Positions 1-10,991 of a DNA stretch of 64,000 nucleotides are shown piece by piece (position 1 is the stretch's first letter; each line of letters begins with the position of its first letter). The translations under genes and the position numbers were made by a program. The stretch comes from Candidatus Marinacidobacterales bacterium (lineage in GTDB: Bacteria; Acidobacteriota; Vicinamibacteria; Marinacidobacterales; SMYC01). Location: positions 6,048,001-6,112,000 of the forward strand of contig OZ250169.1 of assembly GCA_965237955.1 (NCBI GenBank), written 5' to 3'. The notes below the pieces were generated by a model. It ran no database searches. It was not told the DNA's origin and saw only the letters and a list, made by a program, of their open reading frames with translations.

Positions 1-1340
1 GACCCCGACGTCATGCCATTCACCGCTTCCCGGGTCGAAGATGGCGCGCTCTACCGGTACGCCGTGACACCGATTGCGAGGACCTATCCCGCATGGGCGT
101 CGACGCTCACCGGCACTGAGCCTCGAGTGCACGACGTCCGTCATATGTTCCCGATGCCTATTAGCCGGCGCGACGTCGGGCCGACGCTTTTTACGGAGCT
201 TCGAGATCGAGGGTACTTCACGTTCGCCACGTCCGATTTCGCCGGTACGTATTCCCCGGCTTCGAAGGCGGATTCGAGATTCTGGACACGCCCCACTTGA
301 ACGTCGACACGTTGGCGCAATCGGCGGTGCTGAGCCGGCACACGTGGAGCCTGCCCCTTCTTCGCTTTCGCTGGTTTCGAGATCTGTTCCCGTACTGGAG
401 GAACTTGCCCTCGCTAGCGAACCCAGAGTGGGTCGTGGACGAGGCGCTTTCACATTTGAACGACGCCTCCGATCGTCCGTTCGCCGGGCTCGTATTCTTC
501 AGCACCGCGCACTTCCCCTATGTCGGTCCGTATCCCTATTACCTACGAGAGAGCGGCGACTACCACGGGCGCTACCTTTACCATGTTCCTCCGGTTCAAC
601 CTGAGGAAGCGCCGGACGAAGACGACGTCCGTCAAATTCGGGCGCGCTACGACGGCGCGCTGGCGGCAATCGATCGCGCGACCGAGCGGCTGCTGCGTCA
701 CGTCGGCAACGACACCCTCGTCGTCATCACGGGCGATCACGGCGAGGAGCTGTACGAAGAGGACGGCATCGCCGGACACGGCGATACGCTCCGTCACATG
801 CGCTCGCAGGCGCTACCCATCCTGCTTCTCGGCCCCGGCGTGCCGAAGGGCCTTCGCTCGAGCAACCAAGTCCGTCACTACGATCTACCGGCGACGGTTC
901 TCCACGTTCTGGGAGGTTCGACGACGTTTGGACACGGCACATCGCTTCTGGAGGAGCGGAGCGAGCGGCCGGTGTGCGTCGAGACGGGCATTTGGTTCTG
1001 GCCGTCTCGTCCATTGGGGCTCCGGGGTTCACGCCTCGACTATCCCAGCATCTCTGAGCTCCTCGAGCTCGAGCCGTCTACGCGCGAGATGATCCTGAAA
1101 CCCGAGATGGAGAGCTTGGTGGAAAGCGCCAAAGAACGGGGCGTGATCCTCGGAAATCGCCTCTATCGCGAACAGCCGACTCCTTCGGGGCTCGAGCGCG
1201 AGACGCTGGTGCTGCCCGGGCTAAAAGCTGCACACGAAAACGTCAACCTACCGCAGCTATTCGAAGAGCGTTGTGTCGACGGCGATGCGTCTCTTTCCCG
1301 CCTGTATGGAGCGATCGTGTTCGAAAGGACGCCGCGATGA
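1..1340 (+). CDS. Sulfatase-like hydrolase/transferase (alkaline phosphatase superfamily), 5'-partial, split by a 1-nt frameshift near 247
   Basis: ORFs 13..300 and 297..1340 join if one base is restored near 247 (FAG-D-VFPGFEGGFEIL). Motifs ARTYPAWASTLTG, HFPY, ITGDHGE, GHG. Confidence 0.8.
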
Positions 1341-3605
1341 TTTGGTTCTTGCTTTCGGCGCTCGCGGTCATCGGCAACTCGGGCACGAGCCCTGCGCCGG
1401 CATGCAGTTCGATCGTCGACGTTCCCACCGTGAACGTCACCTATCCGTCGCGACACACGAAGACGCCTCTCAAGCGAGCTCACGACCTCATCCGGCTCTT
1501 TTCGGAAGGCGACGGCGAGTTCACTGCCTCGGACGGCAACGCGCCGACGCTCGTGGACGGTGCCGCACTCTATCCGCTGCCGTGGAAAACGCGTCCGGAT
1601 CGGGAGCCCCGGGCGCGTCTGCTCGCCTGGCAGGAGCGCAGTCGCGGAAATGACGAGAGCATGCTCGCGATCATACTGAGAGCGGGCGAGCGGTTCTGCA
1701 CTTCAGAGCTCGATTGGAAATACGGCGCTCGCCTGCGCTTCGAAGCGCTGTCGATCGAGAAATCCCGGCCCGGCTCGTTCTCGCTTCTCGACGAAGCTCT
1801 CCCCTATCCCGGCAGTTTGAGCGCGGGCCGGCAAACCGACTTGCCGCTTGCGGGCACGTCGGGACAAGTTTGCTTCGAAGCCGAGGACGGAGCGATAGCC
1901 GTCGCTGAGCCCCGAATCCTCGAACCGGATGAAGCCGACGATAGGCCGCGCTTCATGGTCCTGACGATCGTGGACGCGTTGCGTGGCGACCTGTTGCGCG
2001 GAGCTCGCGCGCCAGAAATCTTGCCGACTCTCCACCAGTTGAGCGAAGAAGGCCACTATTTATGAGCGGGCCGTTGCACCCGGGTGCCACACGCGTGCGT
2101 CGGTCTGGCCCATTCTGATGGGACGAGATCTGATGCGCATCGACCCTCTCAAACGCCGTCAGTCGATGCCTATCCAGTCACCGCTCGAGACCGTCTACTC
2201 TCGAGCGAACCTGTTCTTGAGCCATATGGCGGAAGCCGCCGGCTACCATTCGGTGTTTCTCGGCAACAACGCCTATTTTCGTGTGACCCCGGCGTTCTCG
2301 CGCTATTCGAGCTGGGGCAACACCGACACCGGCACCGTCGATACGATTGCGGCGCTCCCTGCGCTCTCCGCACGCTACGCCGACGAACGGATCTTTCTCG
2401 TGTACTACGTCTCGACGCCGCACGGTCAGTCGCAAACGCCGCGGCGTCTGTTCGAAGCACTGGACTGCGACGAGCTCGAAGGCCTCGCCCAATGTCGGTG
2501 CAGCTACGACGCGCGGGTGCTTCATGCCGACGAAGCGATCGCCGCTCTGAAGAAGGGACTCGAAGCTCACGCGCTCACATCCGACGTCGTGCACGCCGTC
2601 ACCGCGGATCACGGAGAGCTCTTCGGGGAAGGCTTGGCCATCGAAGGCGAGATGCCGACCTTCACCACCGGCGCTAGGCGCGGCGCGTTCCAAAGTTTCG
2701 ACCGCGGCCATGGCCTCGCGTGCCACGCACTCGAAACAGACGTGCCGATCGTGTTCCACGGAAAAGGCATCGAGCCGGCCCGTTATTCCGGAACCGTGTC
2801 GAGTCTCGACATCTTTCCCACGATGCTGGATCTGATGGGGCTTGCGCCTATCCAGAAGCTCGATGGACAAAGGCTTCCGTTGTTCGATCTGACCGCTTAC
2901 GAAACCGAGCCTCTCGTCTCGTACGGCTTTTGCTCAGACTCCGTGATCGAGGGGGACCAACAATTGATCTGGTGGATCCAGGGATGTCGGCTGCGAACGA
3001 TCGACGAGCACACACCGATCGAGGAGCGCGCCGCGATGTGGTCTTCCAGCCGCCGGCTCGAAGTCGACGACGACACGCTTCAGCGCGCATTGTTGCGGCA
3101 CGAAGAGCGACTTCGGGAGCGACTCCCCCGAGATACGCTCGTGTTCGATACCGCGAACCTCGGTGACGCGACCATTACGGTCACTGTGCCGCACGGGCGA
3201 ATCACCGACTACGGTCCTGCGAGCTCCGTTTTCGGGCTCGAGCTGGTGAGAGAAGCCCGGTTGTCGGCCGATGAACGAAAGCTGACTCTCCGAGTCGACG
3301 GCTACCGCGGGCTCTACCACGTGTCGACGGATCCGCCGAGAGCCGAGATCCAGATCCGCACGATAGAACCAAAAGACGCGCTTCACTTCGTCGGACCGCT
3401 ACAGCTTCCACTTCCCTCCGATACGTTCGATCCGGAGCTCAGACCTTCGTTCTTCGTTACCGACGCCGTCCCGTCGCGCCACGATACGAGCCACCCCGCG
3501 ATTCGTTTATGGTGGCAACGCTACGGCGCGGTGCCCGCCGACGGGTCGGACAAAGCTCTCTCGGATTTCGACCGCGTGCTCCGGGAGTGGGGCTACATTC
3601 GATAA
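1337..3605 (+). CDS. Secreted sulfatase-like hydrolase/transferase, split by a 1-nt frameshift near 2059
   Basis: ATG overlaps the upstream stop; signal-peptide-like N-terminus; IVDALRGD motif. Removing one T near 2059 gives [25 protein letters not shown] and joins ORF 2118..3605 (TADHGE, GHG). Confidence 0.8.
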
Positions 3606-3619
3606 CGATCGGTCGGACT

Positions 3620-3815
3620 GAGATCGTAGATGACGTGCTGCAGAGCGAGTCGAAGTGACCTTTCTCCAAGGAGGATGAGCTTCGAGAGGCACTCGTCCTT
3701 CCCTGACTTCACCCAGCGCTCCGCTAATGAATTCAGATTCGCGCTTCTCGCGGGCAGTTTGACCGTTTTCACACCTGCGGCTTCGACCGTCTGCCTGAAT
3801 GCGAGGCAGAACGCG
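3620..3815 (-). mobile_element. Remnant of an integrase-core (rve) transposase, IS481/IS3-like
   Basis: Minus strand reads [53 protein letters not shown], matching the P-x-x-N-x-x-AERW...ECL segment of these transposases. No start and no N-terminus. Confidence 0.75.
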
Positions 3816-3847
3816 GACGCGGGGAGGCGCGAGGTCGACTCCTGCCA

Positions 3848-5293
3848 CTAGCGCCCGAGCGCGTACGCGTACTCGACTGTGAAACGGTGGGCGCGTTGAA
3901 TGCGCACCGCAAGCTCTTCCGGAGTCTGGCCGGGATTCGTCCAGCGAAAGAGCACGAGGTGCTCACGGTTGAGCTCGACGCTCGCGCTCACCTCGTAGGC
4001 CCTCCGGGTCCAACCGACGGAAGGGAATGTTTCGTCTTCCACGAGAACGTCGATGCGAACGAACTCGACCAGCGCTTCGTCGCGAGCGAATGGCCAGCGG
4101 AGCGGCCAGGGAACGCCGACGAACGCACGATAGCCGCGGGTTGTCGAGCCTTCGAGCTCTCTGGTGGTGTGGGTGAGCTCGACGCCGAGCTGGGGGACGT
4201 TCCGCTCTCGTACCTGGGCGAGATACAACTCGTTGATCGCATCGGCCAGCTCGCGGCGCGCGGGAGAGATCGCGAGCCGGTCTCGAAACGCACGGAGCTG
4301 GTCCACGTCGTATACGCGGCGCTCGTTGTAACCCAGCTCGTTCACCCGTCGTGCGAGCTCGAGGGTTTTGACCGCGGCCGCATTCGCGCGGGCGAAACGA
4401 TACCGCCGGCCGAATAGCGTGAGCCCAACCCGATAGTCCCGCACGGACCTTTCGACGTCCGGTTGCCACTCCTGCATGGTGCGCGCCGTAGCGAGAAGGC
4501 GCGCACCAACTTGCACGGCAGCACCGATCTCCGCCCGCCCCTCGGTCCTGGTCGGGCGTCCGGTGCGCGCGAGCTCGATGGCGCCATCGAGCTCGAAAGG
4601 AAGCCGATTCCAAACCGCGGCCGAGTTAAATTGCTGTCGTGTGAGCTCGAAGCCGGCTTCGGTCCGGACCCGGGACACGCGCGCGTCCGCCTTGAGCTCG
4701 AAGTTGTTCTCTCTCTGATAGAGAAACCCCAGAGCGCCCGAACGCAACGGGCGCGTTGGCGGCTCCAAAGGTGGAAGGCGGCCAGTATCGATGAACTCCT
4801 CGAGTGAAGGCGGCCCTCCGCCGGTGTCGTTTGTGTCGTTCGCGTAAGAAAGAAGCACTTCCCAATCCGAGCTCAGACGGATCGACCCATCGCTCTCGAA
4901 TGCCCAGAAGTCCTCCCGCCGCTTCACGTCCACACGGACGAGAAAAAGCGGAGCGCGGAGCGAGCCTTCGATGTCGAGGCGGCCATCCTCCTCTGTGAAC
5001 CCGAGCTCGACTCGCTGGGTATCGAAAAACGCGCCAACGCGTTCGTCCCGCGCTTCGGCGCCGAAAAAGGCGCGCGCGCCGAGCTTCAAACGGGCGCCGA
5101 ATGCGGTGCGGGTCGAGTGTTCTTCAGTGACGCCGGCCTCGAGGTCGACGAGCCGCAAAGGCGTCGCGGGATCGGTAACAGGCGGCAGTCCGAGCTTACC
5201 CAGCGGGTAGTGGGAATCTTCCCCGACGTTCTGCCCGGACAAGAGTAAGGCCAAGAGGAGGCCGATGGGCTCGCTCAGAACGGAAGCTCCCAC
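3848..5293 (-). CDS. Hypothetical exported protein, possible outer-membrane beta-barrel
   Basis: Long ORF with hydrophobic N-terminal segment, alternating amphipathic strands and C-terminal FTVEYAYALGR. Start chosen at the GTG overlapping the upstream gene (uncertain). Confidence 0.55.
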   Translation of the reverse strand: MGASVLSEPIGLLLALLLSGQNVGEDSHYPLGKLGLPPVTDPATPLRLVDLEAGVTEEHSTRTAFGARLKLGARAFFGAEARDERVGAFFDTQRVELGFTEEDGRLDIEGSLRAPLFLVRVDVKRREDFWAFESDGSIRLSSDWEVLLSYANDTNDTGGGPPSLEEFIDTGRLPPLEPPTRPLRSGALGFLYQRENNFELKADARVSRVRTEAGFELTRQQFNSAAVWNRLPFELDGAIELARTGRPTRTEGRAEIGAAVQVGARLLATARTMQEWQPDVERSVRDYRVGLTLFGRRYRFARANAAAVKTLELARRVNELGYNERRVYDVDQLRAFRDRLAISPARRELADAINELYLAQVRERNVPQLGVELTHTTRELEGSTTRGYRAFVGVPWPLRWPFARDEALVEFVRIDVLVEDETFPSVGWTRRAYEVSASVELNREHLVLFRWTNPGQTPEELAVRIQRAHRFTVEYAYALGR

Positions 5294-6372
5294 CCGCGGC
5301 CAAACGCCGTCGATTCGATCAGCCGAACATCTTCCTCGGTCGGAAAATACAATCGGATGTCGGGGACGAGCTCCTCGTAGCTCACGAGCGCGCGCCCAGC
5401 GCTCGCATCTTGGACACCAAGCTTCAGCCAGTCGATGAGCGCGACGGATTCGGGAACGCTTTTGAACTCTTCGAGTGGGTCCCGCACGATGTCGAACAGC
5501 CGAAACCCGCCCGGGCTCTTGTCGAACAGATCGAACCAGAAGATCTCTTCGGCCATCGGAATTCCCTGCCGGATCTCTTCGAAAACGGATGTCATCCACT
5601 CGAGATGACGTCCGGTACCTTCCGCTCCGGACTCCGTGATCCAGATTGGTTTATCGGTGAGACGTCCGAGTCGTTCGATGAAACGACGGCTGTAAACGTG
5701 AAACGCGATCCGATCGCATACGTGCTCGACGCCGGTCTCGACCATCGCCTGCGCGCGGAGGAATCCTTCCGCGCTCGATACCGGCGCCGCCGAGACGATC
5801 ACAATCGTCGGGTCGTCTTCCTTGAAGTGTAGATACGCAGGCCGCAGAAAATCACGAACATAGCTCTCCGGTGAAATACCGGTGAAGAACGTCGGCTCGT
5901 TGAGGATTTGAGCGGAGAAGCGCCCCGCTCGCGGAATGTCTTCCGACGCTTTCGGAACGAAATCGCCGAAGATACGCGCGTACGTCTCGAATACGTCATC
6001 ACGCGTCGCATCATCGGAGACGGCGCCAACGAGGTCAAACCCCGAGAAATCGCCGATGATCCCGAGCACGTCGATCCCGAGCGCGCGGGCGGCACGCACG
6101 TAGGGAATTGCGGCGAGAAAATTGGGACCGAAATTCTCGAACGAGATCATGATCCGCATATGGCTGAAGCCGAGCTCGTAGACGAGCTTCATCTGCAGCT
6201 CGACGAGACGAGGCACGATGAGCGGAGGTGTGAGACCGGCATTCGTCTCGAATCGGCGGAGGGGGCTTACCACGATGCCCCCGTTCACGCGCGGAATGGT
6301 CAGGGGAGACAACGGTGTAACCGCACCGGCTGCCCCCGCGACGCCTAGCCGAAGGAACTCACGTCGATTCAT
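5275..6372 (-). CDS. Tat-exported glycoside hydrolase, clan GH-A-like (GH5/GH39-like)
   Basis: MNRREFL twin-arginine signal; ILNEP (acid/base), FHVY and WITESG (nucleophile) motifs. Confidence 0.75.
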   Translation of the reverse strand: MNRREFLRLGVAGAAGAVTPLSPLTIPRVNGGIVVSPLRRFETNAGLTPPLIVPRLVELQMKLVYELGFSHMRIMISFENFGPNFLAAIPYVRAARALGIDVLGIIGDFSGFDLVGAVSDDATRDDVFETYARIFGDFVPKASEDIPRAGRFSAQILNEPTFFTGISPESYVRDFLRPAYLHFKEDDPTIVIVSAAPVSSAEGFLRAQAMVETGVEHVCDRIAFHVYSRRFIERLGRLTDKPIWITESGAEGTGRHLEWMTSVFEEIRQGIPMAEEIFWFDLFDKSPGGFRLFDIVRDPLEEFKSVPESVALIDWLKLGVQDASAGRALVSYEELVPDIRLYFPTEEDVRLIESTAFGRGWELPF

Positions 6373-6455
6373 TGCGCTCGAGTGCTTCCACTTTACCGCG
6401 ACTGGCGAAGGAGGATTTGGAAGCTACGTCACATTTGCAAGCTTGATCTCGATCA

Positions 6456-6866
6456 CTAGGGCTGCCGGAGAATCCTTCGATGCCAAAGCCACATCGGAGC
6501 GCCGGTGAGCTCGATACCGATGAGAACGAGCGAGATCAGATTCGGTGTTCCGTGCGCTCTGATACCAATAAGGCGTGCGAGGGCGCCGAAGATCATCGTC
6601 GCGAAGAAAATACGCATCGCGCCGCCGCGGCTGTGAATGTCTCGAGTCGCCCACAGCAGCACGAGCCCCATGCCGACGAAGTTCATCGCCAGGAAGCGCA
6701 CCGCGCTCTCGAGCGTGTTGTTCACGTCACCAACTTCGACCCCGAACAGCACCTGAAACCCAGAAGTTCCCGTGAAGGCAACGGTGCCGCCGATGACGAG
6801 CGGAAACACTGCTACCATCCGACAGACGCGCCGGAACCAGACCACCTCCCCACGCTCATTCGTCAT
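6456..6866 (-). CDS. DUF4345-like membrane protein
   Basis: Four hydrophobic segments; ESAVRFL and GALARL motifs; ATGA overlap with the upstream gene. Confidence 0.65.
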   Translation of the reverse strand: MTNERGEVVWFRRVCRMVAVFPLVIGGTVAFTGTSGFQVLFGVEVGDVNNTLESAVRFLAMNFVGMGLVLLWATRDIHSRGGAMRIFFATMIFGALARLIGIRAHGTPNLISLVLIGIELTGAPMWLWHRRILRQP

Positions 6867-8530
6867 CGGCTACTCGTCAACCGACGAATCTCGCTGTCGT
6901 CTCCGGTGAGCTCCCAACGGACGAGTGACACCGGGATCACCCCGACTGCGGTGAGCTCATCCATGAAGCCGCGGAGCGTGAACGCGTCGCCGAGCTCGCG
7001 GGCCCGCTCGGCGAGGAGCTTCTCGATCTGGATCTTGCCCATCAAATAGCTCGTCCCGTAGCCAGGCTGCGCGAGGTACAAGTGTTGCTCATCCCAGACG
7101 GTGTTGCTGTCGGGTGGCATCCAGCCCCGCGGGGTCCATGCGGAGGCGAACTCCGTCGCTTCTTCGATCGTGTACTCCTGGCCGTGCATCATTAGACCGG
7201 CGAGTGCGCGTGCGGCGCGTTGCGCGAGCATGATGTAAATGAGCTCGCGGGCGCGCGGGCGCTCGTCAAGAAGCCCGGCGAGCATCAGCCACTCTTCCAT
7301 GCCTGTGGCAAGGCCTTCGGATCGCGCATCGAAGATGTTGTAGAGAGACGGAACGCGCCTGATTGGACTCGTGTGCGGAACGTTCTCCATATTCGCCAGC
7401 TCGATCCAGTGATAGGTATGAGTACGCATCGCAAGCGGACTGCGGTAAGAGATTTCGCTGAAAAAACCGCGCTGTCCACCGGCGGGCGCCGGCGTGAAAC
7501 TTCCGATCTTCGCCCGCAGGGCGGCGTCCATGTACTCGCGCACCGACACGACTTCGTCCTCTTCCAGAAACGCCATCATCTCGGTCACCGATCCATTAAA
7601 GCGGCGATCGTACTCGTCCGCGCTCGCGACACGTTCGAGCGGAGGCAGGTCGCGGTTACGGTGCTCTTCGAGAGCGAGCGCGGTGTGTGAGCGCGAAAGC
7701 TCGTGACGCGTGAGCGTCACTTCCTCTTCCCACGTATACGGAACGAGGTGGACGTTTTGCAGATACCACGTGTAGTTGTCTTTGCCGACGCCGGAGACGC
7801 CGTGTTTCGACGGAAGCTCCTCTTCGAGCCACGCCTGAAATAGATCGGTGGCTTCGCGCGCGCGTTCGATCGCGTCATCGAGTGCCGCGCTCGTGCCCCG
7901 GACTTCGGCCGCGAACGCCTCAAGGTCGTCACTCTGACGCGCCATCGCACGGGTACCGCCCATCCATAGATCCCGCGCATCCTCGACAAGGTTCGATTGC
8001 GCCTGCTCGAGTAACGCCGGAATCGCTCCGATCGCGGTGGCGAGCTCCGACGCAGTCCCCCCGGTCAGCGGATAGGCGTACGTCCACAGATCCACCCACC
8101 CATGGATCACAGGTCCTTCGTGAGCAGGGACATCGCTCTCGGCCGGAAAGACCGTCACGTAAAACGCAGGATTACGCGCCCACGGCCGGCGCACCCGATG
8201 ATCGAAGTCGAGACCGTTCATCTCGGCGCGGACGAGGTGGTAGTCCACCTGCCGTGCCACCGTCCAGCCGCTCGGGTCAATGGCCGCGAGCCGACGCTTG
8301 TAGGTGGCCAACTCACGGTGTTGTGCGGCCATCGCGCGGGCGGTGTAGTCGGAAACGCCAGCGAGGAGCGAAGGCTTCTCGAAGGCACGCCAGTCCGAGA
8401 ACAAACCGATGAGGTCGTCGTAGCTCGTGCTCGATGCCTGCTCGACACCAGCGTTGGTCTCGGCACGACTCAGAACGAAAGCGAGGACGGTGAAGGATGC
8501 GACGTAGGCAAAGCAACGAAATGTGGGCAT
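6863..8530 (-). CDS. DUF885-family secreted protein
   Basis: Signal peptide; EGLATGMEE, YLAQPGYGTSYLMGKIQI and F-x-LRGFMDEL motifs typical of DUF885. Confidence 0.75.
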   Translation of the reverse strand: MPTFRCFAYVASFTVLAFVLSRAETNAGVEQASSTSYDDLIGLFSDWRAFEKPSLLAGVSDYTARAMAAQHRELATYKRRLAAIDPSGWTVARQVDYHLVRAEMNGLDFDHRVRRPWARNPAFYVTVFPAESDVPAHEGPVIHGWVDLWTYAYPLTGGTASELATAIGAIPALLEQAQSNLVEDARDLWMGGTRAMARQSDDLEAFAAEVRGTSAALDDAIERAREATDLFQAWLEEELPSKHGVSGVGKDNYTWYLQNVHLVPYTWEEEVTLTRHELSRSHTALALEEHRNRDLPPLERVASADEYDRRFNGSVTEMMAFLEEDEVVSVREYMDAALRAKIGSFTPAPAGGQRGFFSEISYRSPLAMRTHTYHWIELANMENVPHTSPIRRVPSLYNIFDARSEGLATGMEEWLMLAGLLDERPRARELIYIMLAQRAARALAGLMMHGQEYTIEEATEFASAWTPRGWMPPDSNTVWDEQHLYLAQPGYGTSYLMGKIQIEKLLAERARELGDAFTLRGFMDELTAVGVIPVSLVRWELTGDDSEIRRLTSSR

Positions 8531-8598
8531 GATCGTCTTCTCCGAAATAGATCAGCCCCAACTTTCCGTCGGGCGCCCGCAGATGTCAACCGTGAGCG

Positions 8599-9426
8599 TT
8601 ACCAGAAGTACTTCACCGCTTCGAATCTGGGGGTAAAGAGCGCTCCCAACGTCCGACCCGACACGAAGAGATGGTGTCCGAAGTCTGCACCGGCGCCCCG
8701 TAGCTGCCGAACCAGCAACGCGAAGGACTCGAAATCTCCGATTCTCTCAACGTCGTCCCAAAGTACGAGCCATTCATCCGCGTGTAGAGATGAAAACGCT
8801 TTCGCGAAACCGACACGCGACCAACGTGCGGTTCCCTCCGGACCATCGACGACGAGTAGCTCGAACGGTTTTTCTCGCGCCGCCGCGGCCGCGTCGAGCG
8901 CGTACCACGAATAGCTCCCGATATTGCTGTCGTCCCGAGCCTCGAGGGGACAATGAACTACGGTGTGCGTCTCTGCGAGTCCTTGCTGTCGGACGCGCTC
9001 GACCCAGTCCTTGTTGTGCTCGAGGGTCACCACGTGAGCGCCGGTGTGACGGGCATAGGCGCCGAGCAGTTTCGTCGTCTCGCCTGCGCCGAACTCGAGT
9101 ACGCTCTGAAAACCGAACTGACCGAGCGCACGGCCGAGGACGTACAGAAACTTGTGATCCGCGGCACCGCCAGCGGGCAAGAGAGACCCCGGAATCCATT
9201 CGTACTCCACGCGGACGCGTCTCAACAGGTCCATCGCTTTGATGTCCTTCAATAGACGTTGGTCAGACGTCTCCGCGTAAAGCTCGATCCCGTCACGCCG
9301 GGCGAGCCAGTGGTAGCGCCAGCGGTCTCTAACGCCCACCCATTTGCGGTTCAGCCAATGGAGCGGGTAGAGCTTCGCCAGGGAACGTCTGGGACTGAAA
9401 GCCATGTTCTTCGATCTTAACGCCAC
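8599..9426 (-). CDS. Class I SAM-dependent methyltransferase
   Basis: VLEFGAGETT (motif I), VTLEH, LLVVDGP, VLWDD. Confidence 0.75.
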   Translation of the reverse strand: MALRSKNMAFSPRRSLAKLYPLHWLNRKWVGVRDRWRYHWLARRDGIELYAETSDQRLLKDIKAMDLLRRVRVEYEWIPGSLLPAGGAADHKFLYVLGRALGQFGFQSVLEFGAGETTKLLGAYARHTGAHVVTLEHNKDWVERVRQQGLAETHTVVHCPLEARDDSNIGSYSWYALDAAAAAREKPFELLVVDGPEGTARWSRVGFAKAFSSLHADEWLVLWDDVERIGDFESFALLVRQLRGAGADFGHHLFVSGRTLGALFTPRFEAVKYFW

Positions 9427-9564
9427 CGGTGATTATTGCTAGCAGATACTCGTAGAAACGGCCAACTCGCGGTGTTGCACGGTCATGTTCTCCGCGGGGC
9501 AATCCGGGTGTTCCCTCCACAAACTCGAACCTGCAATTTTCAAACCGCTCAGGACCGACGGAGC

Positions 9565-9767
9565 ACGCCGAGGGCCGCGGCCGTTTCACCGTACGATGGA
9601 GAACGACGAGCTGCTGTCGAAGGGCCAGGTTCTCGAGGTCTAACCCACGGCGGGTTTTGAATGCGGAGCGAAGCGAGCATAGAAACAACTAACCATGATG
9701 GGATGCTGACGTCCACTCGCGAAAAAGATCAACAGCGCCGAGGACGGATGAATAAATGGAAGGCACA
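9565..9767 (-). mobile_element. Truncated IS481-like element: left end plus the first ~40 codons of the transposase
   Basis: Minus strand starts TGTGCCTTCCATTTATTCATCCG (TGT-type end), then FLCSLRSAFKTRRGLDLENLALRQQLVVLHRTVKRPR, the usual N-terminus of these rve transposases, then breaks off. Confidence 0.7.
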
Positions 9768-9815
9768 GGCGACAGCGGCCGCATCCCCGATGGCTTGCGG
9801 TAAATTTGGGTTGGT

Positions 9816-10817
9816 TTAGTACTCGCGCTCGGGATCTATTTGATTGAACAATGGTTTGCTGGACAAAAAGCACTCGATGTTGGCGAATAGCAGATCGAGC
9901 ACGTCCGGAATATAGCGCTCCGGGTCATCGGACGACACATGCGGCGTAAGGATCAAATTGGGAACGTCCCATAAGAAGGAGTCCGGTGGCAATGGCTCGG
10001 GATCGAACACGTCCAATATGGCGCCGCTGAGCTCGCCTTGAACGAGCTTGTCGGCGAGCGCACGGTAATCGACGACTTCGGCCCTGGCCATATTGATGAG
10101 ACCCGCGCTGGGCTTCATCAAGCCGAGACGATTTTTGTCGATCAAGCCCAGCGTCGCAGACGTCAGCGGCACCGAGACGAGCACGAAGTCAGCGTCGCGC
10201 AGAGCCTCATCCAGGCCGTCCGGCTTGAACATATCGTCGACGGCCGGGTGCGGCCGGCCACTGTTCCTAACCCCGATGACACGTAGACCGAGTTGCTTGG
10301 CGCGAACAGCGGCCGCGCCGCCCATGTGGCCAACGCCGATGACGACAAGAGTCTTGCCGGACAGCGGCGTGGTAAATTTCTGGTGCCACTCCCTACGGGC
10401 CTGGCATTCGATGTAATGCGGCATGCAGTTGTTCAGCATACTGATCGCCATCGCGGCGTATTCGCCAGCCTTTTCGGCATGCACGCCACTGCTGGTCGAA
10501 ATGATGACGCCACGGGGAAGCCAGTCGAGCGGCGTTAGATGGTCAATTCCCGCGCCGGTGACCTGTATCCATTTGAGGTGCGGCGCCCGTGATGAGAGGT
10601 CGCCCGTTGGAATGCGAAATCCGACAAGAACCTCGGCCGTCTCCATCGCATGATCGAACTCTTCGGTGTCATAACCGATGCTGGGATTGATGCGGCTTGC
10701 CAAATCCGGATGCCGCCGGCACGCTTCATCCAGGATTTCGGCGGTGACATGGTACACGGTCGGGCTGGCGCGGCGGTTCTCGAAATGAACGCGTATTTGT
10801 CGATTCTCGTTGAACAT
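9816..10817 (-). CDS. D-2-hydroxyacid dehydrogenase (NAD-binding)
   Basis: GAGIDH, GVGHMG Rossmann motif, INMAR, LDVFDPEPL, TPHVS. Confidence 0.9.
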   Translation of the reverse strand: MFNENRQIRVHFENRRASPTVYHVTAEILDEACRRHPDLASRINPSIGYDTEEFDHAMETAEVLVGFRIPTGDLSSRAPHLKWIQVTGAGIDHLTPLDWLPRGVIISTSSGVHAEKAGEYAAMAISMLNNCMPHYIECQARREWHQKFTTPLSGKTLVVIGVGHMGGAAAVRAKQLGLRVIGVRNSGRPHPAVDDMFKPDGLDEALRDADFVLVSVPLTSATLGLIDKNRLGLMKPSAGLINMARAEVVDYRALADKLVQGELSGAILDVFDPEPLPPDSFLWDVPNLILTPHVSSDDPERYIPDVLDLLFANIECFLSSKPLFNQIDPEREY

Positions 10818-10991
10818 CTTGTCGGCTGGATTATCCGCCCACTGGCGATCCCAGTCTTCTCCAAATTCACGCTCATGCCATTTCAGAAAACAAGACACGC
10901 GGCGTCGTGCGGACCGATCGAGCCTGTTCCGCGGTCATCGAGCAACCACTAAGTCACCTCTGATCCCGCTTGCACCGGCATGAACATCGAT

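Noticed and set aside
2055-2070. Selenocysteine or stop read-through at TGA 2063, or programmed frameshifting
   Set aside because: The conserved sequence continues in another frame, no slippery site or SECIS is evident, and a 1-nt indel explains it.
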